A DNA stretch of 64,000 bases, taken from the NCBI RefSeq assembly GCF_964194025.1, contig NC_134477.1, positions 23,684,001 to 23,748,000 of the forward strand, read 5' to 3'. Each line of letters opens with the position of its first letter. Within the stretch, counting starts at the first letter, position 1. The notes beneath the pieces were generated by a model. It was not told the origin of the DNA and made no database searches. It saw nothing but the letters and a program-made list of their open reading frames with translations. Position numbers and translations under genes: made by a program. Shown here in pieces: positions 24,662 through 38,300 of this stretch. Origin of the DNA: Convolutriloba macropyga (Eukaryota).

Positions 24662-27600
24662 ATTTCAATCAGTTATAACTAGCAGCTAATAAAATACATA
24701 ACCGCAGCCATAGTTTAGACATCCTGAAAAATGATGACCAACCACATACGAATGAAGTAACATATTTTGACACTCATTCGGCAGATACATATGAAGTATA
24801 ATCCTTTACTCACCTATGAACAACTAACATGCTTTATACTATTTCAAAGACATTTTTACTTGCCAGATATTTCCCTACTTATCCTAATTTAAATACCAAT
24901 ACACCCGCCACCCGTATTTCAAGTATTTTCCTATATTTATACTTAACACATCTGATACATTCGAGCAATACATGTAAACTTCCTATTCCTTGCAATATAA
25001 CATACATATATAAGTAACACAATGGTACTAACCAATTCACCACAGAAACATATTCCTGTACGAATATAAATGGACATTGTATTCATAAATCATAATACGA
25101 AAAATGAATAATAATAATTGTATAACAGACAATAACAAAGGTACTACTGATAACAAGTGTGTTTATAACAAACTAAATGAACAACGTTTCATATTTAAAC
25201 CTGTAACAATCAATCGTAATTAATACAAAGTTAAGAATATGTAGCAAATTGAATTACCTTTCAGCAAACCAGAAACGATATGGCAAACAAAATGGGTTAT
25301 GAGCCCGAGACTCCATACCGAACAGATTCGCCCTGAGCTACGACGTTGAGGAAGGAGAGCTCAGTTCAGGATCAGGACGTTCAAGTCCAGGAACAATACG
25401 CGACAACGCCTCTGATTGCAGCACACAGACAGACGATCGTTTTGATAACCCACAGGACCGGATAACAACTATGAGAGTCGAAGTGGAATGTGCCACTTCC
25501 GATCAACACACAAACAGCGTTGAACCAAACAGCACCGAAAGAGATCGCACAGGTTATGAAAGAACAAGTTACTAGAAAAAAACAAACAGAAAACAAACGT
25601 AATCAAGATTCCTTTTATAACAGAACATAAAATAATAACGTAACAGAACAAGGAACCTGTACTAACGTACATAGTTACCAGAATAACAGACCACGTAACG
25701 ATGGCATAAACAACACGCCAAATACAGTATACCAATCGCCACCCTAACGATAACGAACACGAATTACCGCAATATCACGTTCAACAACGTTTATCACATA
25801 GATATCCATCACATATAAGACCGAACAATCTGCGATTCCCGTACGCCGTAACGCCCCGAAGCAACAGTAGGAAATCATTTTCCACCAATCCACTAACGAG
25901 CAATCCCCAACAACAACAGTAATGGAAACAATATGGTTTCAGGACAAAGATCCCCGAACACTGAATAACCCACATAACAGTAACTATAATCCACTATTAA
26001 GTTATCGTAATTGGTTTGAAATGCCATTCGATTCACGGGACTATAACTTTGTAATGGCACCGCTACACAACCTAAAAGATCGTGTCTCCGAATATTTTCC
26101 ACCATTACACGAACACAGAACACGAATACAGTGAAACGTAGTACTAAAAATATGGGACGCGATAAATACCATCAAACAGCATAACCAATTTTAAAACAGT
26201 TCTATAGTCTGACAGAACGCTTTTTATACGACTACGACTACGAATTTAAAATACCTATAACATGTGCATTTGATAACCTCGTAGCAAAGGCATCCCAAGA
26301 CCTTTCCGCATACAGCGTTTTTGACCACCAGATTTTTCAACTCAGCTTCAATTTCCTACATCCGACACCAAAGGATGTTCAGAACAATAATTATAGAGTA
26401 CACGAAACGAAGCTGGTCCACAACTTAATATACTACACGTTTTTACGCGATAAGGACAAGAATACTACAAAGAGTTATATACATATAAACGATCAATTAA
26501 CTTCACCATATTTTCTTAACTACGGATACAGACTAAAATGGGAATACACAATTGGAACACTACGTAATTTCGACCCTGTAAAGAATTACTATATCTTCCA
26601 ACCCAAAGAAGCGCCCGAACGACCGCTTATTGTACCCATAGAAGCCTTAGAACCGTGTGAGGAATATCACACTTACCATTTGGAAGGCAGCGTGACAAAC
26701 AGCTGTCCTAAACCGGATACAATTTAACAATGAACGCAAGACCTCGGATATCGAGAAAGAAATACGATACTCGGTAAAAGCATCAATAACAGAGGTGTCA
26801 CTAGATGATATAACTGATCTCGTGGCATATTTTCTTTCAAAAGATGATCACTTCATCAAGGAATATCAACAATATAGGGATCGAACAAATCACCCTAAAC
26901 AGACAGAGAAACTCTAAAGGAATATTCTGTAACAAGTTTCGTAATACCCAGAACAATATCATTGTAACTTTGTTATAAATATTTATTGTTATACATCTAA
27001 CTATAGATGATCCTCTGCATATTTACCGTGCAATAAATATTTTATAAATGCTAATAAGAAAACCCATTTGGCAAACAATCCTTAAATATGATTAAACCCC
27101 ATTTATACTACTATAACACGTAATGTGTAATAGAATCTGAAAAACACAATATTTTTTTTTAACTTTATCACTTACCCCTATTCTTAGTTACTTGTATACA
27201 TGTACATATGCAAAGTTTTCCATAGTTAGATATATGCAATTTTGTAAATAAAAAGAAAACAAAAATAGAACAAGGTATTAGTAATAAGAGGAATGAGTAA
27301 CACAGTGTATAATAATGCACTATAGTAATGTGTACTAACAAACATGCACAATTCTAACATACATTGCATGCATTGATTACTAACAACATGAGTCATAACA
27401 TGACAACCCTGTTAACATAATTATTAGTTTCATCATGTAATACATGTAGAATCTTTCATACAGAACATAACATACCGTACAAAAAGTATTTGACAGTAGT
27501 TACTAATACTTTACAGACAAATACAAAAGAAGGTAGAACAGACGAAACATTGAGAATGTTCACAATTCGAAATTTTCACATTCACAACAATGTACATTTA

Positions 27601-27746
27601 TATGTAACTAACATAAACATCACTAACAGAACATGTAATCTAACAACATACTATGCAATCATATGTAATACATTAGTAACAACTAACAACTCTGTTTGTA
27701 ACAAACACTCAAATACTTTTCCTTCAAAAGGAAAAGAGGAATTATT
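24662..27746 (+). mobile_element. 3' internal region of the env-bearing LTR element with decayed accessory ORFs and a polypurine tract
   Basis: Same A/C-rich strand bias as env. Purine run aaaaggaaaagagga at 27726-27740 lies just before the putative LTR. Confidence 0.55.
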
Positions 27747-28941
27747 TGGAAGCTTGAATATCAATGTGTCGTATCAGGCGAATCTTTAAAAAATAAAGCG
27801 CGTAGACGGATAGTTTACTAAATTTATCCACTGATGAAATAACCGTTAATAGGAATAAGGCAATGAGACATTTTTGCGTTTACCCATTAAAAAGAAAATA
27901 AGCGAGATCTGTAACCTTCAAAAAATTTACAGATATGAAAACTAATAGCATCAGAATAACCCCTGATTTCGGGAGACATTAAAAGTAATAATATTTGTTC
28001 ATCTTCAGAAACAAAATCTAACATGGCGAAAAAGTCACATGTCACTAACTGATTGTCAACAAAGACTTCCACTGACAAATAAACTCACTACCCCCGATTT
28101 CTTCGTCGAATTACATAATTACAATTTCAAAAAACTCTTCCAACCGGAAGGGATACTACGTATTAACACAGAACACTTACAAATACATAAACAGAGAAAA
28201 ATAGTAAAACACTTTAACAGCTAACAAAAATAAATCAGGTAAGTCACCGGACATCAGGAACACCACACACATCAACACTGGAGCTACCCAAAGGATCTTC
28301 ATCCACTGGAAGTGGTACTGGAATAGATACTTTTGTGGTTATTGATGTTCATTCCTTGCTCTGTGGACAACCTATGTCTGGGACTCTACCCTTTGACGAA
28401 AACGATTACCAAGCAACACATTCAAAAAGAAAGAAAAAATCCTTCAGAGAGAATAAAGAGAAATTGACTTATAGTACAGAAGACTTTCAAAAAACTCTAA
28501 AACCCGGAAAGATGGAGTCAGTGTTGACTTCCAACAAAAAGATTTAGAGACTTTATTTATGTTAATAAATATAAACTAAAATACTCAACCATGATTGGTT
28601 GAAAATATGGAAATACCTTTCCTTTAAATGTTTATCTGTTTACCCGTCGGTAACACAACACGCTACCCCTTTAGTCGGTACCAGTCATACCTGATATAAT
28701 AATAAAGTATATTTTTCTCTCTCTCTACTCCGCTCTTGTTTTAGTATTGAGATATACGTTAGACTTTAGCATTGCGGCCGGTGCACTGTCTACTGAAGCT
28801 CAGATAGAAGAGTAACAGACTAGAGATCTAGAACTTTAGTTAGTCAGGTAAGCCTTAAGATTTGACTATATTCTTGAGACACCATAAGACAGAAGTAGAG
28901 TAACCTCTCAAGGTAACCCTACCTCAGCACACGTCTTACCA
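27747..28941 (+). mobile_element. Putative 3' LTR (~1.2 kb)
   Basis: Follows the PPT and has degenerate inverted ends (tggaag...cttacca) and an aataaa. A homologous inverted copy lies at 41534-42432. Confidence 0.55.
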
Positions 28942-30109
28942 TGAAGGACTGCTCAATATTGGTTGTCCGTCCGCTGTGCTTTTGGACCAAATACGTTGCT
29001 TGAAACGTTGTTTATGGAAGTTTCCTGCTCCCTGAATTTTACGATGTACAATTTTCTGGATTTTTTGTTTCTGTATGTTTCTGATGTTGATCAGTTTGTC
29101 ATGAAATTGCGACACGGCCACTTTATACAATTTTTTAAGTGCAAGTGAAGACAGTGTCCAAACATAATACTACACACAGAAAAGCTTATTTGTTAGTTAA
29201 TTTGTAAGTTGTAAGTAGTTAGTTAATTTGGTTACATGTATCTACATGTTTTTACATATTCGTAATCTCTACGGTTACGTATTACAAATCTGTTTGTGGT
29301 ATTTGTTTGACGGGTCAAACGGTGTTCGTAATGTGGTTTTCGTAATTCCTTTTGTTCTGTACAGGTTATTCCGTTTGATGTTGTATTTCGTTTGGTTCTG
29401 TAAATAAGTTCGCTATAACTACAGGTCGGTTATTTGTGGTCCCTCTGTTGTCTATGGTACATTTGATTATTTTAGTACTTCGGTATTTCGGGAACGTTTC
29501 GAAAAATGAAAATTTCGAATTGCATCTTGTTATCCAAATTTGGTCTGGGATAGTTAACAAAAGGACTTTATTTTACTGTTTGATCTGTAATTATGGTGGG
29601 TTATTGTTTCTGGTCAAAGGTGGATTTGGTTTATTATGTTTTGGTCTATGCTTTTGCCGTAATTGGTCTGTTTCTGCTATTTTGTCATGTTTTATTCGTC
29701 TTGTTTATTCGCTTACAAGATAGTGTATGATCACATCACTTGACTCATAGTGTACTCTTTGTTTAGACATTGTTTCACAGCAAATTATTGTGGACATTGT
29801 CGTGCGTTATGTTTGAACGTTGTATACTACCTTGTACAATGTATATATACAAATCGTAATAGGTCATCATGCGTATTACAAAAAGTTATTGCTAGAATTG
29901 TACGTTGCGTATTTTTTTGCATTTATTTTTGCTTTGGGCAATACACGTAATATTTACATTTTTGAGTTTGCTACAAATACCTTGTATGTTGGTTTTAAAA
30001 ATGTCTATCTAGAAAATACCTGAAAATTGTTTTGCTATATGTAATTTTCTTGTACAATAGTTAAGGTATTACTCTATAGATTGCTCTATTTTCCTGAATC
30101 TATTTTATT

Positions 30110-30870
30110 TGTTACAGACAATTATTCCACTGGAGTGCTGAAACTTTCAGACATAGTAGAGAAGAAGTTGTTTTGAGAAATCATATACAAGAAGCATCCA
30201 AAATCTGCATTTAGATTGTGACACTTACGACTTTTTTGATGAACTGGAAAGAGATTCCACATTTTGAATGGAATTAAAGAAAAGCTATCGAGTAAAGTGT
30301 TTGGTAGCTCAGATCCCTCTGGTTCCGATGCTTGATTGATTTGTAAATGTTAATTAGAATTGTATCTGAAAGCTCCCTTTTCGAATTTCGCTTTTATAGT
30401 TAGAAATCTCATCGCCAACCAGATAATACTGTGACGAAAATTTATTGCTTTGTTTTCCTGCACACATCGCATTAGATAATCATCCGACTAAAGTAACTAA
30501 GACATTTCCTTGGAACTAAAGTCACTGAATCGAAAGGCGAAGATTTAAACGTAGTTGTTGAAACAGAGTAATTATCTGGAGCTGATTCGCGCGGAATCGG
30601 AAATTTATATCACGTGGTATGAGTCCTTTTCGGAGAAGTCATGATGATTTTGGGTTTGCTAATCGACGCAAAAATGCCTTCAGTTCAGTAAATAGAGGCG
30701 CCGCACTTCTGAATTCGAAAACTCACCAGCCACAAGCCAGAACTGTTCTTTACAAGAGCTACCAAGAGAGGTCCAATTGTAACACCACTTAAATTCTTTA
30801 GTGAAGACGGAATAACCCAAGGTGATCCCCTTTCAATGCACTTTTACATTGTTGACTAATTTCCTCTGAT
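30110..30870 (+). mobile_element. Non-LTR retrotransposon RT relic (CRE-like, restriction-like endonuclease clade)
   Basis: Frameshifted LLIDAK-NAFSSVNRGAAL at about 30656-30710 and SEDGITQGDPLSMHFY at about 30800-30848. Confidence 0.7.
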
Positions 30871-32122
30871 ATGAGAATTGGGAAATCTAGAGAAGCGTTC
30901 ACAAATTTCTCATATTGTTATTATGCGGAAGCCAGTCCTAATTTTCAGCGCAGATGGCATGATAGCCAGGGAAAAATAAGTCTTTTTGCAATCGTTACCA
31001 GAGCTTCTCTCCTTATTATGGGAGAACACATCTGCATGGCGTTGAATTGGGTAAAACTACGGATGTTTTTCCATTTTATACCGTGTAACCTTTGCTTATG
31101 GGGTACCAGGTGCAAGCCAAAATCATTTCAGTTTGAGGATGCCAAATTCTTATTCTGAAAATGCACTGAAGTAGAACTAGATGCAATGATAAGAGTTACT
31201 GCACTCAGTTAAGCATTCAATGACTTCAATGAGGTATGTAACCACTGGTCGACCAAAGAGACGGAACTGTTCGATTGATTTGGTTCGCTTTTGGCTCGCC
31301 TAGAAAGAGGAGATCAGATATTCTTATCTGACCAATGTCATGACAGTATTACGTAGAGTCCTGGAAATCTGTCGCCCGAAAGAGGGGACATCTCTCCAAT
31401 TTTAGTTTGCTTGAAGTTATCCCATGCGAGGGGAGTGGAGATATGCATAACGACAAATAGAATGGAACCGAAGGTCTGGTTCTATGGAATGAACAAAAGA
31501 ACCAATGGACGATAACTTTCAATCGGATTTTGATATGAAAAATAGACTAGTTGAATCAAATTGAACCACGCGAATGGGTATTAATTTACTTGTCAAAGCG
31601 TTCTGTCAGATGTTATCGGGAAATTATTAGCAGAATTGATTTTTAAGCACTTTAGATGAAACTATTAACTAGGCTAAGTAGTGGAAAGCACGGAGGTTGA
31701 AAGAGCTACCGAGTCGACTCGCATATGACCTAAGTTGAGAACTAAGAAAGTCAGCTTTAACTTTTACAACTACAAATTTGCATTCAAAGTCAGAGCTAAC
31801 ATCACAAAAAAATTGTCTTAGTTAAATGTTGCTCTCATTCAATAGTATGTTTCTACGACGTATGGTGTTGCTATTTCATCACATTCTTAAGTCCCGAACC
31901 CTCTTATTATTAGACTATTTTGCAGAGTCGCTAACTTGCAAGAACCTGCTGATAAACTAATGCAAGTTTCTGCTCTGATTAGTTCGATGTTTTGGATTTT
32001 CAAAACGCTTTGATATTTGATCTTCCATAAAGCAACTATAGAGAGACTTAAGAATACAATATCTATCTCGTGTTGAATTTGACAAATTGGAGCATTTTAA
32101 AACGTGTTTTGTTTCTTTTCAG

Positions 32123-32291
32123 ACAAAATTGGGCAATTTTTGGAAGTCCATGATTCTGGATGATAGAAAGAGCCTGCTGATGAATGGGAGAGAGTTGGGT
32201 GTGATTGGGTTGCACGACACTGCCATTTTAGCTGCAATTCTGTTACAGAGACCGTGGTACGTCAATGTGCCATTCTCATCCTACTTCAAAA
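32123..32291 (+). CDS. ADCK5: ADCK5-like kinase exon 5 (intact copy)
   Basis: tttcag|32123, phase 0. Encodes TKLGNFWKSMILDD...ELGV...ILLQRPW, like ADCK5 'LCQLWRAIIL...LGV...LMQRP'. Donor 32291|gtaagt. Confidence 0.9.
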
Positions 32292-32528
32292 GTAAGTTAG
32301 AAAACGTGCTGCTTTTAAAGTTTCCTCAGCTCTAACTTCAACTTCATAGCTGCCTAAATATTGGCAGCAATATAATAAAATTTCTCAAAAAATGTCTTCC
32401 CGACGCTATTCTTCGGCCTAGTATAAGACCTTTTCGACATTATGCAAACTCAGTTTTTCTTGCAATTACAATAAGAGAAAAATATGAAAATTTAGTCCTA
32501 ATAACCTTTCTTCTCTTCATTTTAGCAG

Positions 32529-32688
32529 TGACGGCTGAAGACTTTCAACATATGCGTGGCTTTGTTGAAAATCATTTTAACAAAGTAATGGCAGTGTTGA
32601 GAGCAATTCCCATTTCACTCCTTCTAGTAGTCAGGAACATCAACACCATCAGGTCAATTATGCAGACCCACGGAGAACCAGTCAACAG
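32529..32688 (+). CDS. ADCK5: ADCK5-like kinase exon 6 (intact copy)
   Basis: tagcag|32529 (a NAGNAG acceptor). Encodes MTAEDFQHMRGFVENHFNKVMAVLRAIPISLLLVVRNINTIRSIMQTHGEPVNR, matching ADCK5 'VMAVLR..P..MLLVLRNINTVR'. Donor 32688|gtaggt. Confidence 0.92.
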
Positions 32689-33280
32689 GTAGGTGACATT
32701 AGTTGCGAAGAAAAGTGAGATAATAAGATAAGCATTGCACCCAGTAAAATATCACTCACAACTGTGATAATTGCACTCAGTTGACGTCTCAGCTATAATA
32801 AATTTATTTCTATAGGTAATTTTAGACTCTTTTTACGACTCGAAGAGGAGTATTGAGATTCTACAGGTATTTTTTAGCGGACGCAAATTTGATCATGACT
32901 TCAACTTCGGATTATGACTTTTGGTTTTGAACATTGACTTCTGTTTTTGAACATTGCACTTCAACAATAGCTTAGGTACCAATACATAGCAATTATGAAT
33001 CAGGGTAAAAGGGTCATTATGAGAAGTATTATTCCCTTTACAGTCTCTTCTCCCTATTCAAACTACAGACACCCTCAAGCTATGTTTTTTGTGCAAAATT
33101 TTTGCTTGACTTTTGTGGAAGCTTCCCGTATTAAGGAGCCAAGTTTATCCAAGTGCTGTTTGCCAGGTAAGAACTTTCTGATTTCTGCTAATTAATTTCT
33201 AGGTTAATAGAGGTGCTTTATATAAGCACCTGAACGGTAGTGGTAGTAACTAAAATTCTACAATTTTTCAGCGTGTTATT

Positions 33281-35330
33281 AATAGCCGCCCTCATCTTCT
33301 CAGCCGGCTATTATTGCGCTCGTATTTTTTTTCTTCGTCAAACTTTTTTTCGCTTTACCATTTTGCCGCTTTTTCGACATTTTGCGTGAAATCTTTTTGA
33401 CTTCTCCAGGCTAGTTTCTCTCTTCTCTCATTCTGCTAAAAGTCTTAGTTCTCTCTTCTCTCATTCTTCCTTCCTATAAGTCTTAGTTACCACCTCTAAT
33501 GCTTATTGGTGTTGATAGTAGCCCCTGTAGCCTCTCTCTAAGAAACAGAAGTACGTTATGTTCAACTACGAAATGCCATCAAAATAAATCGGACTTAAAA
33601 AATGTTTTTGTACAAAAATTTTTTTTTTCAATATCTTCTATTCCTTCAATCCCAATCATGCTTATTGGAATCAACGGCGGCTATTTTCTGGCAATCTGCC
33701 GGGTATGTTTTTTAATAGCCGCCCTCATCTTCTCAGCCGGCTATTATAGCGCTCCTATTTTTTTTACTTCGTCGAATAAAAAATGTTTCGCTTTACCTCA
33801 TTTTGCCGCTTTTTCAACATTTTGCGTGAGGTCTTTTTGACTCCTCTAGGCTAGTTTCTCTTCTCTTATTCTGCTAAAAGTGACTTTGAACATCAGTTGC
33901 TCAGCAAAGCAATTCAAAATGAACAGAGTCAGTATAAAAAATTGAAGTCAGAAGTTGAAACGGGATAAACCCATAAAGCCCAATTTTAGATGCCCGCTAT
34001 TTGAACGTCGTTCCTATAAGTCTTAGTTACCATCTCTAATGCTTATTGCTTTTGATAGTAGCCCCTGTAGTCTCTCTCTTAGAAACAGAAGTACGTTATG
34101 TTCAACTACGAAATGCCATCAAAATAAATCGGACTTAAAAAATGTTTTTGTACAAAAATTTTTTTTTCAATATCTTCTATTCCTTCAATCCCAATCATGC
34201 TTATTGGAATCAACGGCGTCTATTTTTCGGCAATCTGCCGGGTATGTTTTTTAATAGCCGCCCTCATCTTCTCAGCCGGCTATTATAGCGCTCCTATTTT
34301 TTTTACTTCGTCGAATAAAAAATGTTTCGCTTTGCCTCATTTTGCCGCTTTTTCAACATTTTGCGTGATGTCTTTTTGACTTCTCTAGGCTAGTTTCTCT
34401 TCTCTCTCATTCTACTAAAAGTGAATTTGAACATCAGTTGCTAAGCAAAGCAATTCAAAATGAACAGAGTCGGTATAAAAAATTGAAGTCAGAAATAGAA
34501 ACGGGATAAACCCATAAAGCCCAATTTTAGATGCCCGCTATTTGAACGTCCTTCCTATAAGTCTTAGTTACCACCTCTAAAGGTTATTGGTGTTGATAGT
34601 AGCCCCTGTAGCCTCTCTCTAAGAAACAGAAGTACGTTATGTTCAACTACGAAATGCCATCAAAATAAATCGGACTTAAAAAATGTTTTGTACAAAAAAT
34701 TTTTTCAATATCTTCTATTCCTTCAATCCCAATCATGCTTATTGGAATCAACGGCGGCTATTTTCCGGCAATCTGCCGGGTATGTTTTTTAATAGCCGCC
34801 CTCATCTTCTCAGCCGGCTATTATAGCGCTCCTATTTTTTTTACTTCGTCGAATAAAAAATGTTTCGCTTTACCTCATTTTGCCGCTTTTTCAACATTTT
34901 GCGTGATGTCTTTTTGACTTCTCTAGGCTAGTTTCTCTTCTCTCTTATTCTGCTAAAAGTGACTTTGAACATCAGTTGCTCAGCAAAGCAATTCAAAATG
35001 AACAGAGTCAGTATAAAAAATTGAAGTCAGAAGTAGAAACGGGATAAACCCATAAAGCCCAATTTTAGATGCCCGCTATTTGAACGTCGTTCCTATAAGT
35101 CTTAGTTACCATCTCTAATGCTTATTGCTTTTGATAGTAGTCCCTGTAGTCTCTCTCTTAGAAACAGAAGTATGTTATGTTCAACTACGAAATGCCATCA
35201 GAATAAATCGAACTTAAAAAATGTTTTTGTACAAAAATCTTTTTTTTTCAATATCTTCTATTCCTTCAATCCCAGTCATGCTCATGGGAATCAACGGCGG
35301 CTATTTTCCGGCAATCTGCCGGGTATGTTT
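33281..35330 (+). repeat. Head-to-tail tandem array of 4 HINE-like elements (~539-bp unit)
   Basis: Units start aatagccgccctc at 33281, 33714, 34253 and 34791. Each ends with a (g)cggctatt-like subTIR, a ggca-atc-tgcc hairpin and a T run. Confidence 0.9.
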
Positions 35331-38300
35331 CAATTTTTTCTTTTTAACCAATCTGAAGGTAAAGCGTGATACTACTGCTCTCTAAAAAAGGAGGAAGCTG
35401 GGGGCGAACCCGGGGCCTTCTTATTCAAAAAATTTGTTATAGTGTACTGCGCTAGGTGTGCTCTACTGGTTAATTTTTTTGGGCAATGTCATGCTGGGAG
35501 CAATTCATCATAAAAATTCAACCTTTGTTTTTTCATGTTTTCTGTTTTCATGTTTTTTTAGTTCATTTTGGAATCCCGAACTTATTTTCTGTCTCATTCG
35601 CTCCATGCGGGGTTCCTTGGTTTGGTATTATGCGTCTTGGTGGTGCCTTTCTTCTCTTCGGTGGTTTTTTGAAAATCATTTTCGTTTGAATGGAAAGAAA
35701 AATCAATTAGAAAGAAAAATCAATTAATGAAATTATCATGTTTGGTGGGTTGATATTGCAATATAATTGAGCACTGATGGAGCTCTGAGAAGGCTTTGTT
35801 TGTGAGAGGCGGATTTTGAAATTTAAAGATTACTTAATTGAAACAAGTTTATCAAAACTATAAGCAACAAAAGATGGAGATAGTTTTATTGCGACAGGTG
35901 AAAGTATACAAGCGCGAGTACTTTGAAAGGAAAAAATTATGGAAGAAGTGTCAACAGTCGATAGCTCTGGCGTCAATTATTTAATCGTGGTACTTCAAAG
36001 TATTTGAATTGCTCTCGAACGAAGTTTTAAGCAATTTTTGTAAACGTGTTGGTCTTTTTACGACTCGAAGAGGATTACTGAGATTCTGCAGGTATTTAGC
36101 GGACGCAAGTTTGATTTAGCGGACTTCAACTTCTGAACATGACTTTTGGTTTCGTACATTGACTTCTCTTTTTGAACATTGCACTTCACAATTGCTTAGG
36201 TACTAATACATAGCAATTATGAATCAGGGTAAAAGGGTCATTATGAGAAGTATTATTCCCTTTACAGTCTCTTCTCCCTATTCAAACTACAGACACCCTC
36301 AAGCTATGTTTTTTGTGCAAAATTTTTGCTTGACTTTAGTGGAAGCTTCCCGTATTACGGAGCCAAGTTTTTCCAAGTGCTGTGTGCCAGGTAAAAACTT
36401 TCTGATTTCTGCTAAGTTAATTTCTAGGTTAATAGAGGTTATTTATATAAGCACCTGAACGGTAGTGGTAGTAACTAAAATTCTACAATTTTTCAGCGTG
36501 TTTTATTTTTCAATTTTCTATTCTTTTTAACCAATCTGAAGGTAAAGCGTGATACTACTGCTCTCTAAAAAGAGGCGGAAGCTGGGGGCGAAACCGGGGC
36601 CTTCTTATTCAAAAAATTTGTTATAGTGTACTGCGCTAGGTGTGCTCTACTGGTTAATTTTTTTGGGTAATGTCATGCTGGGAGCAATTCCTCATAAAAA
36701 TGCAACCTTTGTTTTTTCATGGTTTCTGTTTTTTGTCTTTATCTGTTTTTTCAGTTCATTTTGGAATCCCGAATTTATTTTCTGTCTCATTCGCTCCATG
36801 GGGGGTTCTTTGGTTTGGTATTATGCGTCTTGGTGGTAGCTTTCATCTCTTCGGTGGGCTTTTGAAAATCATTTTCGTTTGAATGGAAAGAGAAATGAAT
36901 TAGAAAGAAAAATCAAATAATGAAATTATCAAGTTTGGTGGGTTGATATTGCAATATAATTGAGCACTGATGGAGCTCTGAGAAGGCTTTGTTTGTGAAA
37001 GGCGGATTTTGAAATTTAAAGATTACTTCGTTGAAACAAGTATATCAAAACTATAAGCAACAAAAGATGGAGATAGTTTTATTGTGACAGGTGAAAGTAT
37101 ACAAGCGCGAGTACTTTGAAAGGAAAAAATTATGGAAGAAGTGTCAACAGTCGATAGCTCTGGCGTCAATTATTTAACCGTGGTACTTCAAAGTATTTGA
37201 ATTGCTCTCGAACGAAGTTTTAAGCAATTTTTGTAAACGTGTTGGTCTTTTTACGACTCGAAGAGGATTACTGAAATTCTACAGGTATTTTTTAGCGGAC
37301 GCAAGTTTGATTTAGCGGACTTCAACTTCTGAACATGACTTTTGGTTTCGAACATTGACTTCTCTTTTTGAACATTGCACTTCAACAATTGCTTAGGTAC
37401 TAATACATAGCACTTATGAATTAGGGTAAAAGGGTCTTTATGAGAAGTATTATTCCCTTTACAGTCTCTTCTCCCTATTCAAACTACTGACACCCTCAAG
37501 CTATGTTTTTTGTGCAAAATTTTTGCTGGACTTTTGTGGAAGCTTCCCGTATTAAGGAGCCAAGTTTTTCCAAGTGCTGGGTGCCAGGTGAAAACTTTCT
37601 GATTTCTGCTAAGTTAAATTCTAGGTTAATAGAGGTGCTTTATATAAGCACCTGAAGGGTAGTGGTAGTAACTAAAATTCTACAATTTTTCAGCGTGTGT
37701 CATTTTTCAATTTTCTATTCTTTTTAACCAATCTGAAGGTAAAGCGTGATACTACTGCTCTAAAAAGAGGCGGAAGCTGGGGGCGAACCCGGGGCCTTCT
37801 TATTCAAAAAATTTGTTATAGTGTACTGCGCTAGGTGTGCTCTACTTGTTAATTTTTTTGGGTAATGTCATGCTGGGAGCAATTCATCATAAAAATGCAA
37901 CCTTTGTTTTTTCATGGTTTCTTTTTTTGTCTTTATCTGTTTTTTTAGTTCATTTTGGAATCCCGAACTTATTTTCTGTCTCATTCGCTCCATGGGGGGT
38001 TATTTGGTTTGGTATTATGCGTCTTGGTGGTGCCTTTTATCTCTTCGGTGGGCATTTGAAAATCATTTTCGTTTGAATGGAAAGAAAAATGAATTAGAAA
38101 AATCAATTAATGAAATTATAATGTTTGGTGGGTTGATATTGCAATATAATTGAGCACTGATGGAGCTCTGAGAAGGCTTTGTTTGTGAAAGGCGGATTTT
38201 GAAATTTAAAGATTACTTCGTTGAAACAAGTATATCAAAACTATAAGCAACAAAAGATGGAGATAGTTTTATTGTGACAGATGAAAGTATACAAGCGCGA

